A stretch of DNA of 64,000 nt from Felis catus. Taxonomy: Eukaryota. Made by a program: the position numbers and the translations under genes. Below the pieces are notes generated by a model. The model ran no database searches, had not been told where the DNA came from, and was given only the letters and a program-made list of their open reading frames with translations. Where the stretch lies: contig NC_058368.1 of NCBI RefSeq assembly GCF_018350175.1, positions 165,790,001 to 165,854,000 on the forward strand. The letters run 5' to 3'. The stretch's first letter is position 1. Each line of letters opens with the position of its first letter. This document shows, in pieces, positions 27,600 to 39,923 of the stretch.

Positions 27600-28054
27600 T
27601 ATCATCTCTAATTCCAGCCATCATTGAATTGCGCCTTTCAACTATGCTACGAAATGATTAATGAGTCCCAGATTTGGTAATTTAGTCAGATTTTGGATTA
27701 GTGGGTTTTTTCTAACTATATTATTTAGTTTTCACTTTATTTCCAAGGAGTATGATAAAAATTAAATGTTAATATTTGTGATTCACTTTACAAAATAATC
27801 ATATTTCTGTATCAGTGGAGAAGGTGCATTTTGCCAAAAGGGAATTGCACTATTTGGTGCTTTATATACATACTTTCATTCAACTGATCAGACAGATTTT
27901 TGAGGAAAAAGTTATGCAATTTTAATCAGTTTACACATACGATTTAGCCATAAATTAAGAAGTCTAATTTTCTAAAGAAAGTGTTCTTAAATATGCAAAC
28001 TGGACAGGAACAATGTTTTTTGATACAGTTTTCAGTAGATCATTAACCTAGCTA

Positions 28055-28500
28055 ATTAATACAAACTTATATTAAACACCTACTAAGTTTAAGATACTGT
28101 GTTTCATATTAGGAACAATGAATGAATGCAATGTGATCTTTATCCTCAAGGAGTTTAGAGTCTAGTAAAATTGAAGAGAGGTACAAACCTATCTGTAATA
28201 CAAAACAGAATGTGCTAAGTATTTTGAGAGCTTTACAAATTGCTGTTACAGCACAGACTGTGCCCTTTGCCAATTATTTCCAGCTGGGAGGATTAGGGAA
28301 TGCTTTAAGAAAAAAGGAGTACCAATCATGAAAGTTGAGCATGCTTTGGGCAAGTGAAAATAAGGGAAAGGGACTCTAGTTTGAGCAGAAAGTTTAAAGT
28401 GGGGATCAGGAGCAGAAATCATTTATATGCTCTTAAAGAGCAGGTGACAGAAGAAGTATTTCTGGGAGACAGGGTTGAAAATGTAAGTTGAGACATGATT
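28055..28500. mobile_element. Decayed LINE-2 fragment
   Basis: ttatattaaacacctact...tcctcaaggagtttagagtctagt resembles the L2 3' end. Confidence 0.55.
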
Positions 28501-30583
28501 AAAAGGAAGCTCTCTTGCATTTAGTCTTGCAAAATTGCTTCAGAAAACACTTCGTATCTCATTCTTTTCTTTTATTACTTGAAGCGAGTTGCATTTACGG
28601 AAAACATTTCCAGGCACGGGTTTCATTGATATTGTTAGGTCTCCACTGTCTTGTTTTGTACTGATAAATAAATCCCAACTAAGAAATATTAAAATAAGAT
28701 TCGCAAGTACAGACTGAAGATTTATGATTCATAACACCTAGCAGCTAATTTTAAAATTACTTTCTTCAGACCAGTTCTGAAAATTTGCCAACTTTCTTCA
28801 GACTAACTCTGATACAAAATTTTACTTGTGCAGAATTCTGAACTTGATGTCACCCAGTATTTTATTTACTATTCTTTTTCTGAAAACAAACTTGTGGAAC
28901 TGAACTACTAATTTAGTCAACGCATCACTACTGTTACCTAAGGTGTTTCATATGCTACACAAGCTGCTTCTAAGCTTTCAGTCACAGAGACCAACATTTC
29001 CAACCTAGTAACTCTTCAGTAATTCTGATGCAATGGAATTTTCCTCTATTTTCCCTGTGAAGTACTGGAAATGTTTCAGGTCTTATTACCTCATCAATTG
29101 TCCTCCCAACCCCATAAAATAATGAAAAACAAAACAGTTTTTCATAGGCCTTCATTGTAATTGATTCTCCAGGGTATCTTTGCATTGCTCCATTAAAATG
29201 GTGTTGTTGCTATGATGGTATTTCTCAGCAGGGAGGTTCTAAATAACTGATTAATATGTAAAGCAGTAAAAATGTAATTTTTGCTGTTAAATTAGCCAGT
29301 GAACAGGACCTCAAAGCTGCTGAAACAAAACAGAACAAAATAAAATGTTTAAGCTATTCTCTGACAGAATATCATCTAAGACGCATGCTAACACACTAGG
29401 TAGCCAACATGTATTCATAGCATTGTATGGTATAACCTATCAATACATAAATCACTATCAAATTCTCTATGTGGCTTTTAATTTTGGGGTATACCAAAGT
29501 GCTTTAGAATTTAGGACAAAGTCCTGAATGTTGTGTTACTTCTTTAAAGTGAGGGTTAAGAGACATCTATAATAAATCTTATTTTACTTAATCCTTTTAT
29601 TTGTAGAATTCTTTTCAATCTTGATAGATCTATAAAGCATTATTATGGTCTATTTTCTAATTTCTTCTTAATGTCTTATTTATACTTTTAAGAGAAAAAA
29701 GAAGAGTTGAGACCAGATGGTTTCCTTATTGTCCTGACTGACCAAACAAAATCAAACATAACTACTGAGACAAACAGAATAAGGAAAAAGCACATATCAA
29801 CCTTCCCAACCCATATGTTCTAGATATCCTAGTTTTGCCAGAGGTTTCTAACAATATAGCATATGCTGAGAAAGTGTTTTCAGAAGAGAAGCCAACATGA
29901 TCCCCCCTCCTGATGCCCCCAGTGGCTTCAGCACATGCACACAGGCCCTTTCGTGAATTCTTCACATATGCTTTCTGGTTTCCTCACTGAACAAGCACCA
30001 AATCACTGGAGATTTTATGCCCAGTGACTTCTCACCAGGCAGATTCTAATTTGGCAATGAGTTTAGGGTTCTCCTGGTGAGAAATCTGCTTCTGGCAGAA
30101 GCGCCCTCATTGATGTAGGGAGGTGTTTCCGCCCATGGCTCTGTTCTCTTTATACCAGGCATGAGATCACATCTGTTCCTAGGGCTCTAAGCCCAAGGGA
30201 CCTCTGAGCGAAGAATTACCACAGAGAACTCTGCATTTTCTGGGTAAATGCAACCTCTTCCCTGTGTCAGAATGAATGCTCCTCGTTGCCTAATGACCCT
30301 GACATTTTATTTTCTTCTAGCATGAAATTTTACCTGAGATGTATAAAATGATATTCTGTATAAGAGAAAACAGTATAAATTACACTGTGGCACTTCATGC
30401 CATGTAGAAAAGTACATAGCAGACTTCTCTTGGGGTAATGTGACTCCAAAATCAGCAAGATGAGGTATTTTGGAAATAAAGACAATATCAAGAAAAAATT
30501 TAAGAATGAATAAGAAAATGTTTGCCTTGTCTATTAAATTTTTTCTCTGTATAATGAATTATTTTAATCATAAAAATATTCTT

Positions 30584-30808
30584 TAAATTTTTAAAAAAAT
30601 GTTTATCTATTTTTAAGAGAGAGAGAGAGAGAGAGAGAGCGAGCAAAGGGGCTGGGCAGAAAGAGAGAGGGAGATACAGAATCTGAAACAGTCTCCAGGC
30701 TCTGAGCTTTCAGCACAGACCCTGACACGGGGCTCGAACTGACAAACTGCAAGATCATGACCTGAGCTGAAGTTGGATACTTAATTGACTGAGCCACCCA
30801 GGCACCCC
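30584..30808 (-). mobile_element. SINEC
   Basis: TSD TCATAAAAATATTCTT at 30568-30583 and 30811-30826. Confidence 0.94.
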
Positions 30809-32970
30809 AGTCATAAAAATATTCTTGAATCAACTTTGAAACTCAGAATGTGTGAAGTTATTTAAAAGTTGTGTGAATTCCTCTGATACTCTCCCCTCCA
30901 AAGAACCCTGTGTTTCAACCTCTGTATGTTGAACACTCAATAGAAATTTCTGGCTTCATCTGAACAAAAATATTTAGAAAGTAACATCTTTGTTTTATGT
31001 TAAGTCAGCCTATAATTTTTAGGAACGTTCCTAAAAGGAAAATTAAAAAGAAGAAACTCATTTCTTTTCAAACTGTTAGGATAAATAGTGTCTCCAACAG
31101 CTGGTACCACATAGTGTTCCTAATCAAATCACTGCAAATATTTCCAATTCTCCATTTATTGTTGTACATGAGACAAGTGAATAATCCTTCCATTTCATTC
31201 CATTAAAGATACTTTGAATTTCCACAATATCAGGTACTGGGCTAAGCCTTTCCTTCAAGACCTCTTTATGAATTAGTAACCACTTGAAACATACCCTTCT
31301 CAAAGACGGAGACAATAGTTTATGCCGTTTCTTTGCATGCTTCATTTAAATAGTTTTGTATGTGTGTGAAAGAAAGATAGAAATATTTCTGAGAGAAATG
31401 GCAGACAAAGACTCAGCTGTGTAGTATGTGCGTGCAGCCTGTGGCTATTTTACAAGGAAATCTACCAGCTCTCAATAATGTGAAAGTCTTCTTGAGAGGC
31501 GCCGTGGCACAGCAAGTCACTGAACCAGAGAAATTCAATTTGCCTACTGTAAAGTCTGTTTTGTCTGTCTCAGAAAGCTCTAATTCAATCCAAAATTACT
31601 TTCTAGAAGCAGTCACTCTGGCCAAGGAAGGGTGTTCAGGGTCTGCAATAGGACAGAATACACTGGGCTAAAACTGTCAGAAAGCATTCAGCACTGCTTC
31701 TCACTCTTGAGATGTGAACCACAGACCCACCTGGAGGTCACTGATCTCTCCATGTTTTAGATCTATGTATATCTGTGATTGAATAACCTTTAGGTAACTT
31801 TTATTCTTGATCTAAGTTTACTCTAAAAGTGCCAAGGCAAAAATGGGAAACAGGGAAGATGGTTAGATTAATAATATGTGGATGGGTAAGGAAATACAAT
31901 TCTGCTTGAATTCTATGAATCATATATTATTTACAGGTAGCTTTGAACATGCCTAGAGAGTTTTGAAATAGCACTCTAATGCATAACTTTGCGGTTTATC
32001 ATCGGGCAAAGAAACTAACATTAGTTCATATGAACTAATTCAAAACATAATTTTTCCCATAAATTTCATAGTTAAATTTATGTTATCAAAACTTGGGAGA
32101 CTGTGTCAAATATTACAAATCATTGTCTAGAAATTATGACACTACTTGCCTATGATAATATTATTAATTTATCACACTGTCATGATAGAGGTTATGAGAT
32201 ATTCCTAATTCTTCAATCATTAACTAATTATCTGTCACATTCCTTAAAAAATAAAGTAACACAATTTTTCAGTTCCATATCAAAATTCATAAGTGATAAA
32301 GAGTCTTAGATAATTTAGGCTTTCTGGAATCTCATAAGGCATTATAAAATGAGTTGAATTTGAGGACATTAATACCGGTAAGATTTTAAAAAGAACGTGT
32401 CCATTAAATAAAGGGTTAAAAACTGAAACGATATGATAAAAATGTACCCAAGGCTTTTTGCCAAGGGACAAAATAATTTGCCAAATACTGTATAAGAATA
32501 TAAAGATGGGGGCTTGGCAAACATCTTCAAGACTCTGGTAAAGTATTGTTTAATAAATAACTAAAGGTATTTTCACTTTTTAGTATTTGTAGCCAAATGT
32601 AAGAAACTATTAATTAATTATTTTTTAGTGTTTACTAATAAAATGCAATACGATCATAGTTCTTATGATCATTCATAAACTTTAGTATGCAATAAATCCC
32701 TGGACATCTTATTTTTTTAAATGTAGATATATGGGACTGACTCCCAGTGATTCCAGTTCACTGGGCTGGAAGCAGATCTTGGCACTAAAAGCTAACAAGC
32801 AATCTAGTAATTATGATGCAGGTGATTATTTGAGTACATTTGAAGGAAAAGAAAATCCTGCCATACAAATATCTAAAACCTATCTGGGAATTATTTTTTA
32901 ATGCCTAAAATACATACACAATGATCTTTTCATTATATGGATATCTTTAAAAGTGATGTGAAATATTTTT

Positions 32971-33191
32971 TTTTAATTTTTTTTTTTTCAACGTTTATTT
33001 ATTTTTGGGACAGAGAGAGACAGAGCATGAACGGGGGAGGGGCAGAGAGAGAGGGAGACACAGAATCGGAAACAGGCTCCAGGCTCTGAGCCATCAGTCC
33101 AGAGCCCGACGCGGGGCTCGAACTCCCGTACTGTGAGATCGTGACCTGGCTGAAGTCGGACGCTTAACCGACTGCGCCACCCAGGCGCCCC
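32971..33191 (-). mobile_element. Young feline SINE (SINEC_Fc-like)
   Basis: CpG-rich body. TSD GTGAAATATTTTT at 32958-32970 and 33192-33204. Confidence 0.96.
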
Positions 33192-33408
33192 GTGAAATAT
33201 TTTTAAATTTACTTTTGGGGAGGTGAAACTAGTCAATGAAGAAAGAGACTGGAGGTTAAAAAATAATCTATCCTTAAAACGCAGGATTTAGTTTTTTAAC
33301 AGTCCTTTGCCTTTTAATAGGAAACTTTTGGATTTGTAGCAGTAGAGACATTCTTGTTACATAAGAGTCCTGATTTCATGACTCATTTTTCTACAACCAC
33401 ATCTCCAC

Positions 33409-33510
33409 AGGGGTACATGACTGGCTCAGATAGTATAACATGTGACTCTTAATCTCAGGGTTGTAAGTTTGAGCCCCTCTATGGAGATGGAGATTACTTA
33501 AAAAAATCTC
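33409..33510 (+). mobile_element. Short old tRNA-Lys-like SINEC
   Basis: ggggtacatgactggctcag...gactcttaatctcagggttgtaagtttgagcccc...agattacttaaaa. Confidence 0.8.
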
Positions 33511-33839
33511 AACATAATAATTTTATCCATCTTCAGTGAATAATATGTTTCAGTATTCAGAGGAAAATTCTTGATCATAATCATACTTTCGATTTGAGAA
33601 GCATGAAGCCGTCAAGTGTTCTAGATTTCTATTTTAAACACTCTTTATTTTGTTCAGCTAACAACTGTGAGATGAGACTACATACCTCAGGAGACAAATA
33701 TTTTTTTAAGTTTCTAGTTATTCTAAAAATGAAAAGGAAGTATATGTGCTGGAAAATTATTAGCACAATTGCATATACTTTCCTGACACAAATCTAACAA
33801 AAGAAGTACATTAGCATTTCTTCATGTTTTAAGAATCAA

Positions 33840-34012
33840 AATTTTGTATTTTGAGAAAAAGAGAATTCAAGTGAGGGATGGGCAGAGAGAGAATCCCAAG
33901 CAGGCTCCAAGCTGTCAGTGCAGCCTATCATGTGGCTTGACCTCACCAACCACAAGATCATGACCTGAGCCAAAATCAAGAGCTGAATGCTTAACTGACT
34001 GAGCCACCCAAG
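33840..34012 (-). mobile_element. SINEC
   Basis: gatcatgacctgagccaaaatcaagag...gactgagccaccc. Confidence 0.88.
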
Positions 34013-36107
34013 TTTCTCTGTATTTCCTCATGTTTCATTGAAATTATTTACTACTCCAAGTATTTTCTATGGTGAAAAACAGATGAGAGTTAATAAGCTA
34101 TCTAGGTTCTCTGGTATCTGATAGGGCCATTATAAAATGAATAATTTGAGAACACTAAAAACTTTACGATCTAACATAAAAAGAATACTTCCATTAAATA
34201 AGGGGTTCAGGATTAAGAAACAATATGATAAAATATGCTCACTGTGGGACTTTGCCAAGGGACAAAATAATCAACCAAATAGAAATAGGTTTACTAGGAA
34301 ATTCATGAAATTAAATTTTGTGCCTTCTTCCTTTCATGAGCCATTTCTAAGGTTTCCTTTTTCCCATTCTATATAAATTGCATACTTTAATTTTTGTCTT
34401 TTTCTACAGGAGGGTTGCCAAATTTTGATTTTTCAGGATCCAAGATTGTGTCCACCCCTGCATTTAAAGATACATTCTTAGAGTTGAAAGAAAAGAACAA
34501 AGTGCATTCCTCTTTGTCTCCATTCTGATAGCTCTTATTCTATAGGAGCCATTAAAACTTTTCTTCTTCAACATGAAAAACAGTATTTTGTATATGCATA
34601 CGTTCAAACCGGAATAAGAGGGAGACAGTTCTTTAAGAAAGGGATGAATTTGTCATTATTTTAATCATGTGCCATCATTTCAGCCCTGCAAAGCTGGGGT
34701 TATGATGATACCAGTGAGGGTGACAAGGGAGGTGTCAGCTGGGTTCAGTTCGTGTTAACCAACCTGCCATGAGATGCTCATCTCTGAGGAAATCCTGCCT
34801 TTGTGCTTCCTTAAGTTCCACTGGAGCCTGCATGAGGTGACATGTCATATGCATTTTTCAACCTATTTCCAAAGGCTAGATTAGCAACTATAAAAAGATA
34901 TTACATGCCTTTAGGGTCTCTGTGAAAACAATAAGACTTGGGAATGGAGAAGGTTTTAGCTGCATCCTTAGTAAGTCACACTGACCCTCCATTCTAGCAA
35001 ATTCCTGTTATGCTCCTGCCCTGACCACTTCCCTTATTTTCAATCTTAGAAAAACATGCAAATTGAAGTACAGTAAAAATCTACCTCATGAGAAAGAGAG
35101 TTGCAATGAAGCTAGGTGAAGTAGGGGCGACCCACCTGGAAAGTAAAAACAGAAACAAAAAACTGCTGCTGAAAATAAAAACAGGTAGAAGTTTTTAGTT
35201 TAGCTTTTTTATTTTTGTTTTAAACAGGAAAGCAACCACTACAATAAACATTTCTCTAAAAGGACGGTATAAAGGAAGATGATTAGCTCTGGGACTGGAT
35301 TTTTAAATTGTTTAAACCATTAAGTTGATCGAGTTCAGTAAATGTTTTCATCCCAATCCATATTATAATCTATGTGATTAGTGAAAAAGAACTGCTCGCA
35401 GCTCAGACAGAAACAAAAGTTATCAGATCATATGAATAATTTGCTTCTACAATTCCAAATGGTTTAAAATGTGATTTCAATCATTTAGCTATTTGCATTT
35501 GTATGCATGGCCATATACATAAAAACTTAAATATTTAAATAAATGTTTACTTAGCAGAATTTGAGTATTCTAATGGTCTATTCTGCACTTGTCATCTGCT
35601 GCCTGCTTTCCTGCCTCCTACATCCTCTTTAATAAAGGGGTTTGATTTTTACAATTGAACTTTTGAAGCAATGGGACTCATTTTGACACTGAGAAAGTCA
35701 CTTACATTTTAGAAGCCTCACTTTTCTCATCTATAAAATGAAGGACTTATGTTACTTCTGATAATCAGTCTAGATTTAAGAATATGTACTTTTGTGATTT
35801 TTTGAATTATTGGTAAAAAAGAAATCTTCAACTTTAGCCAGCATACTACAGCAACTACTTAGTATTTGTGGAAAGGATGATGTCTGTTAAGAGCAATTTT
35901 TGGCCATCTATTTTGTCTTCCAATTGTTCACCACTTTGTCCCTTTTGTGTGAATTTTGCCAGTTCAGGGGGAAAAGAAAGAGAAGAAGTAGAAGTGGAAG
36001 GAGAATGAGAAGGGAAAAAAAATGAAAATAATGGAATGAAGATAAGTGGAGGGAAAAGAGGGAGAAATATTCTTGCCATTTTAGTATTATTAACTACTCT
36101 ATACATC

Positions 36108-36167
36108 ATATATATATACATATATATATGTATATATATGTGTGTGTATATATATGTATATATATGT

Positions 36168-36219
<52 letters not shown>
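36108..36219. repeat. (TA)n-rich microsatellite
   Basis: Read directly. Confidence 0.95.
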
Positions 36220-36222
<3 letters not shown>

Positions 36223-36277
36223 ATTATTATTCAACTCAATCTGGGTACAAGAAAATCATTAGAAAAAAAGACCCTGA

Positions 36278-36493
36278 GGGGCGCCTGGGTGGCTCAGTCA
36301 GTTGAGCGTCCGACTTTGGCTCAGGTCATGATCTCACGGTTTGTGGGCTCAAGCCCCGCGTTTGGCGCCCGCTGACAGCTTGGAGCCTGGAGCCTGCTTC
36401 TGATTCTGTGTCTCCCTCTCTCTCTGCCCCACCCTGCTCATGCTGTCTCTCTCTGTCTCTCAAAAATAAATAAATGTAGAAAAAATTAAAAAA
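36278..36493 (+). mobile_element. SINEC
   Basis: TSD AAAAAAAGACCCTGA on both sides. Confidence 0.95.
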
Positions 36494-39263
36494 AAAAAAA
36501 GACCCTGAGTTGAGAAATCAAACTGAAACATAATTTGATAGGACCTTAAAAAGCCAATGAAAAAATACACAACATTATCCAATTGCAATGAAGTTTTGGT
36601 TTCTGGAGAAATAGTTTCTAGAACTGATTTTAATAATAGATGACCTAATTTATATTTTTTGTCCTCCTCTTCTTCCTGAAACTCCAGTGTGGATGAGAAA
36701 ATTGGCATTCAGTCAAATTGACTAGAAGTAATCCCTTTGATTTTAGGTGACAGCAAAAAAAGAAACTCAGTTATTTGTGTTTATTCTCATACGTCCCCTC
36801 TTTCTTATAAATACATGACTATAATTACCATAGTAGTTATCAACTCAAAATATAGTTTTCTGTCTCTCGCATTAGTTGATAAATTTTTGAAGATTGATCA
36901 TATTTTACCTAGTTGTCTGGGCTAGTAAATATAATTTGTTTTTAATGGCTATTGAATAAATGAATTAATAGACTAATAGCCATTTTGATAAAACAATACA
37001 AATTACTAGCATTCAATTTAGATTATCAGGTTAGAGAGATTAATAAAAGTGTATGTTTGGTAATATATCATCTCCATTTGAAGTTATTTTATACCTCCAC
37101 AAATTTGTTGGTGGAAAGTAAAAGTATATTTGAAGTGTCATATTTTGTTAGAGCTATTTTTAAAATGAAACTATGTATACTTCATTCTCAGTAGTAATTT
37201 TTAAGGTGCTATGCCTAACTTTTAGAGGAAACTAATATCCAAAGAAAGTGTATATGAATAGAACATGATACGTTTTCCTTATAGTTTTGTAATCAATTCT
37301 TGAATGAAAAGTGCCAAAAAACTTCCTTGAGAAGAAAATTCTTTTCCCAAGAAAAAGAGAAAAATAGATACAGTTTACAACATGTATATAGCTTTACAGT
37401 ATTATAAAATCGGAATTCACACATGTAATTATCCTAAATCTTTTCTTCTGCATTCATTTATATTATTTATATTATTGTATAAATACCCTTTATTGTTTCA
37501 GTGTACAAAGGCAGATCTTTTACATACACTACAGAGAGTGAGAGATGTGTAGAAAATAGCGAAGCTAATGGCTCAAATAGAAATCAAATTATTAAGAAAT
37601 TTGTTCTATTACTCTCGTGTTCTTTCTTTCAAGAGAATACATGCAATGATTACAGAAAACAAAGGTTCTTCAAATTGTGATACAGAGTGTTATTTATGGA
37701 TCCTTGATTCAATACTGACATGGAACTCCAGAGTCTAATTTTTGGAAAATTAAGGGATGTTTCCCTCAGTTAATTAAATTCATCTTACTTTCTTACTTCT
37801 CTCATTCACTTATTTTCTTTTTTAAATTCTGTAAGAGCAACAATAAAAATATCAGCCTATAGTTTTCTTGAAATAAAATGATAGCCTAAGATTCTAAATG
37901 TGCGTACTGCCTGCTAACTTTTATGAGATCTTCAATAGAAACTGTTAGATTTTGAAGAAGAAATTTGGCCATGCATTTTCATTAACTAAGTTAGAGTCCA
38001 GCATACTAATTTTCTTTTGAATCATTCATTCTAAGAAAGTAAACTAGTAAAAGTAATATTACAACTTTCAAATGCAGTAAGTCTCACTCTGTTATTCTCT
38101 TCTACTACCTCTCTTCTTTCCAATAATAATAATAAAAAAATACCTTTCAAAGCCACTCACTTCCAAAAGCAAACTAAAAATGCAATATTAAAGATCTGAA
38201 GACTTCTCTTAAAGACTTCACTCATAGTATGTTACTTTTCTTTTGGTGGATATTAGAGGCCTACTAAAACTCTAAACTACTTGTCTTTCATTTTCTCAAA
38301 AGAACAAATGATCACTAAACTTTTTTGTCATTTGTGTTTTAAAAAAGTGCACAACTATTTATAAACACTTTGGTCTTTCTGATTTTTTGAAAGTGGAACA
38401 AAACATAGAATCCAGCTCCTAGCACAGTAACTGGCCCCTCAAAGAAGATTAATATTATAATTGAATAAATAAAATATTGAATAAACATCCTACTATGCTT
38501 ATCTTCCACACCAAGACTATTGGCTTTATTTATTTATTTACTTATTTTTAGTTTTCTACCTGTATTGAGATATAATTGACATATGACAATGTGTAAGATT
38601 AAGATGTATAACAAGCAGATGTGATACACTTATCTACTGCAAAATGATCGTTAACATATTGCCAGCTAACACCTCCATCGCTTCATGTAATTACCATTTC
38701 TTTCTCTGGTGATACTTAATATATACTTCCTCAACTTTCAAGTATCTATTCTTTTTTCTTTTTTTTTTTTTTTTTTTGCTAGTACATGAAATTTCCATTT
38801 TATTATAGTTTTCTGTCACATGAGCTCAAATGTGTTTCTCTACAACAACTTCAGCATAGCTGCTTTGGAATTATTTCAGTCATCTTTAACACGTGACTCT
38901 ACCAAATACTTTAAATCTAAAATAGACATATAAAATTTTAATTAACTTTTAGATGAATGGGGTAAGAAATAAAGTCATCAGGTGATGGTTGGGATTGTTA
39001 ATTTCCAACAAGAAACTGTTGAAATGTTTCTTCTGATACAATAGTTATAAATAAAAATTAAAAAAAAAACAAGGGTAGAACAAAAGTACAATAAAAGAAA
39101 CTTCTGCAGCTTAAGCCTCCCCTAGTCCTAAACCTGAGAGAAGCAAGGCAAAGCACCTTTCCTGCAAATTAAGTGGGTTTCCAGTATTTCCATGTAGTTA
39201 AGTTTTAGAAATACACACTCAAGACCTATCATTAATATATCTACTATCTTAGCTCTGGTTGTA

Positions 39264-39482
39264 TTAATTATGCCTGAAGAGTTTAATACCCATCCAAGTC
39301 CAAAGGTGGAAGAACACATAAACTGGTATGGTAATGGGCAGGAGCAGACTGTAAAAGCACAGGCTTGCTGTGCTGCTAGTGCAGTCCTGTGGGAAGTTTT
39401 CGTCCACAGAGGCTGAGTAGAACAGTCCTGCTAAAGAGACCAGTGGAATAAGGACAGTCAACGTAGGAAGAGACAGAAACAT
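39264..39482 (-). CDS. PIGY: PIG-Y (GPI-GlcNAc transferase subunit Y) ORF of the retrocopy, 72 aa, uninterrupted; expression unknown
   Basis: Translation MFLSLPTLTVLIPLVSLAGLFYSASVDENFPQDCTSSTASLCFYSLLLPITIPVYVFFHLWTWMGIKLFRHN is nearly identical to PIG-Y as recalled and has two hydrophobic segments. Confidence 0.93.
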   Translation of the reverse strand: MFLSLPTLTVLIPLVSLAGLFYSASVDENFPQDCTSSTASLCFYSLLLPITIPVYVFFHLWTWMGIKLFRHN

Positions 39483-39575
39483 TATTCTCCCCCACTTATT
39501 ACCTGCCAGTCTGACTTTTTAAAAGGTAAGTGGTATTAAGAAAATTTAGTTGTGTGTGTTGTTTTTAATTATCAT

Positions 39576-39923
39576 CTAGTGCTGCTCCATTTCTTCTTGC
39601 TTCTTATTTTGATGTGTCATCCTAGCTGCCTGTGGTATCATATTAGGAATCCCATCAATAATTGCATAGGCTATTCCCAATTCTTCATTGATCAATTCAT
39701 TTGTCGATGCTTCAAATCTGAGCGGCTTCTTGGAGAGTGGGCACACCAGGAACTCGAGCAGGGCCGGGTCGAAGACGCGGGGCGCGTTCCCCGTCTTCTC
39801 GCTCTTGTCTGCGGACCGCCACGACCCCGACGCGTGAAGGCACCTACGGGCGACCGCGGACGGCAGCGTGCATGTACCCCGCAGCGATAAGGCGAGGAGC
39901 CAGGCGAGCGCTCCGCTCAGCAT
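39576..39923 (-). CDS. PYURF: PYURF/PreY (Trm112-like mitochondrial protein) ORF of the retrocopy, 115 aa, uninterrupted; expression unknown
   Basis: Translation MLSGA...SAVARRCLHASGS...FDPALLEFLVCPLSKKPLRFEASTNELINEELGIAYAIIDGIPNMIPQAARMT matches mammalian PreY as recalled. The ATG at 39923 sits in context ccagaccATG. Confidence 0.92.
   Translation of the reverse strand: MLSGALAWLLALSLRGTCTLPSAVARRCLHASGSWRSADKSEKTGNAPRVFDPALLEFLVCPLSKKPLRFEASTNELINEELGIAYAIIDGIPNMIPQAARMTHQNKKQEEMEQH

Noticed and set aside
33409..33510. tRNA gene
   Set aside because: This is a degenerate tRNA-derived SINE head with an A tail and no intact cloverleaf.
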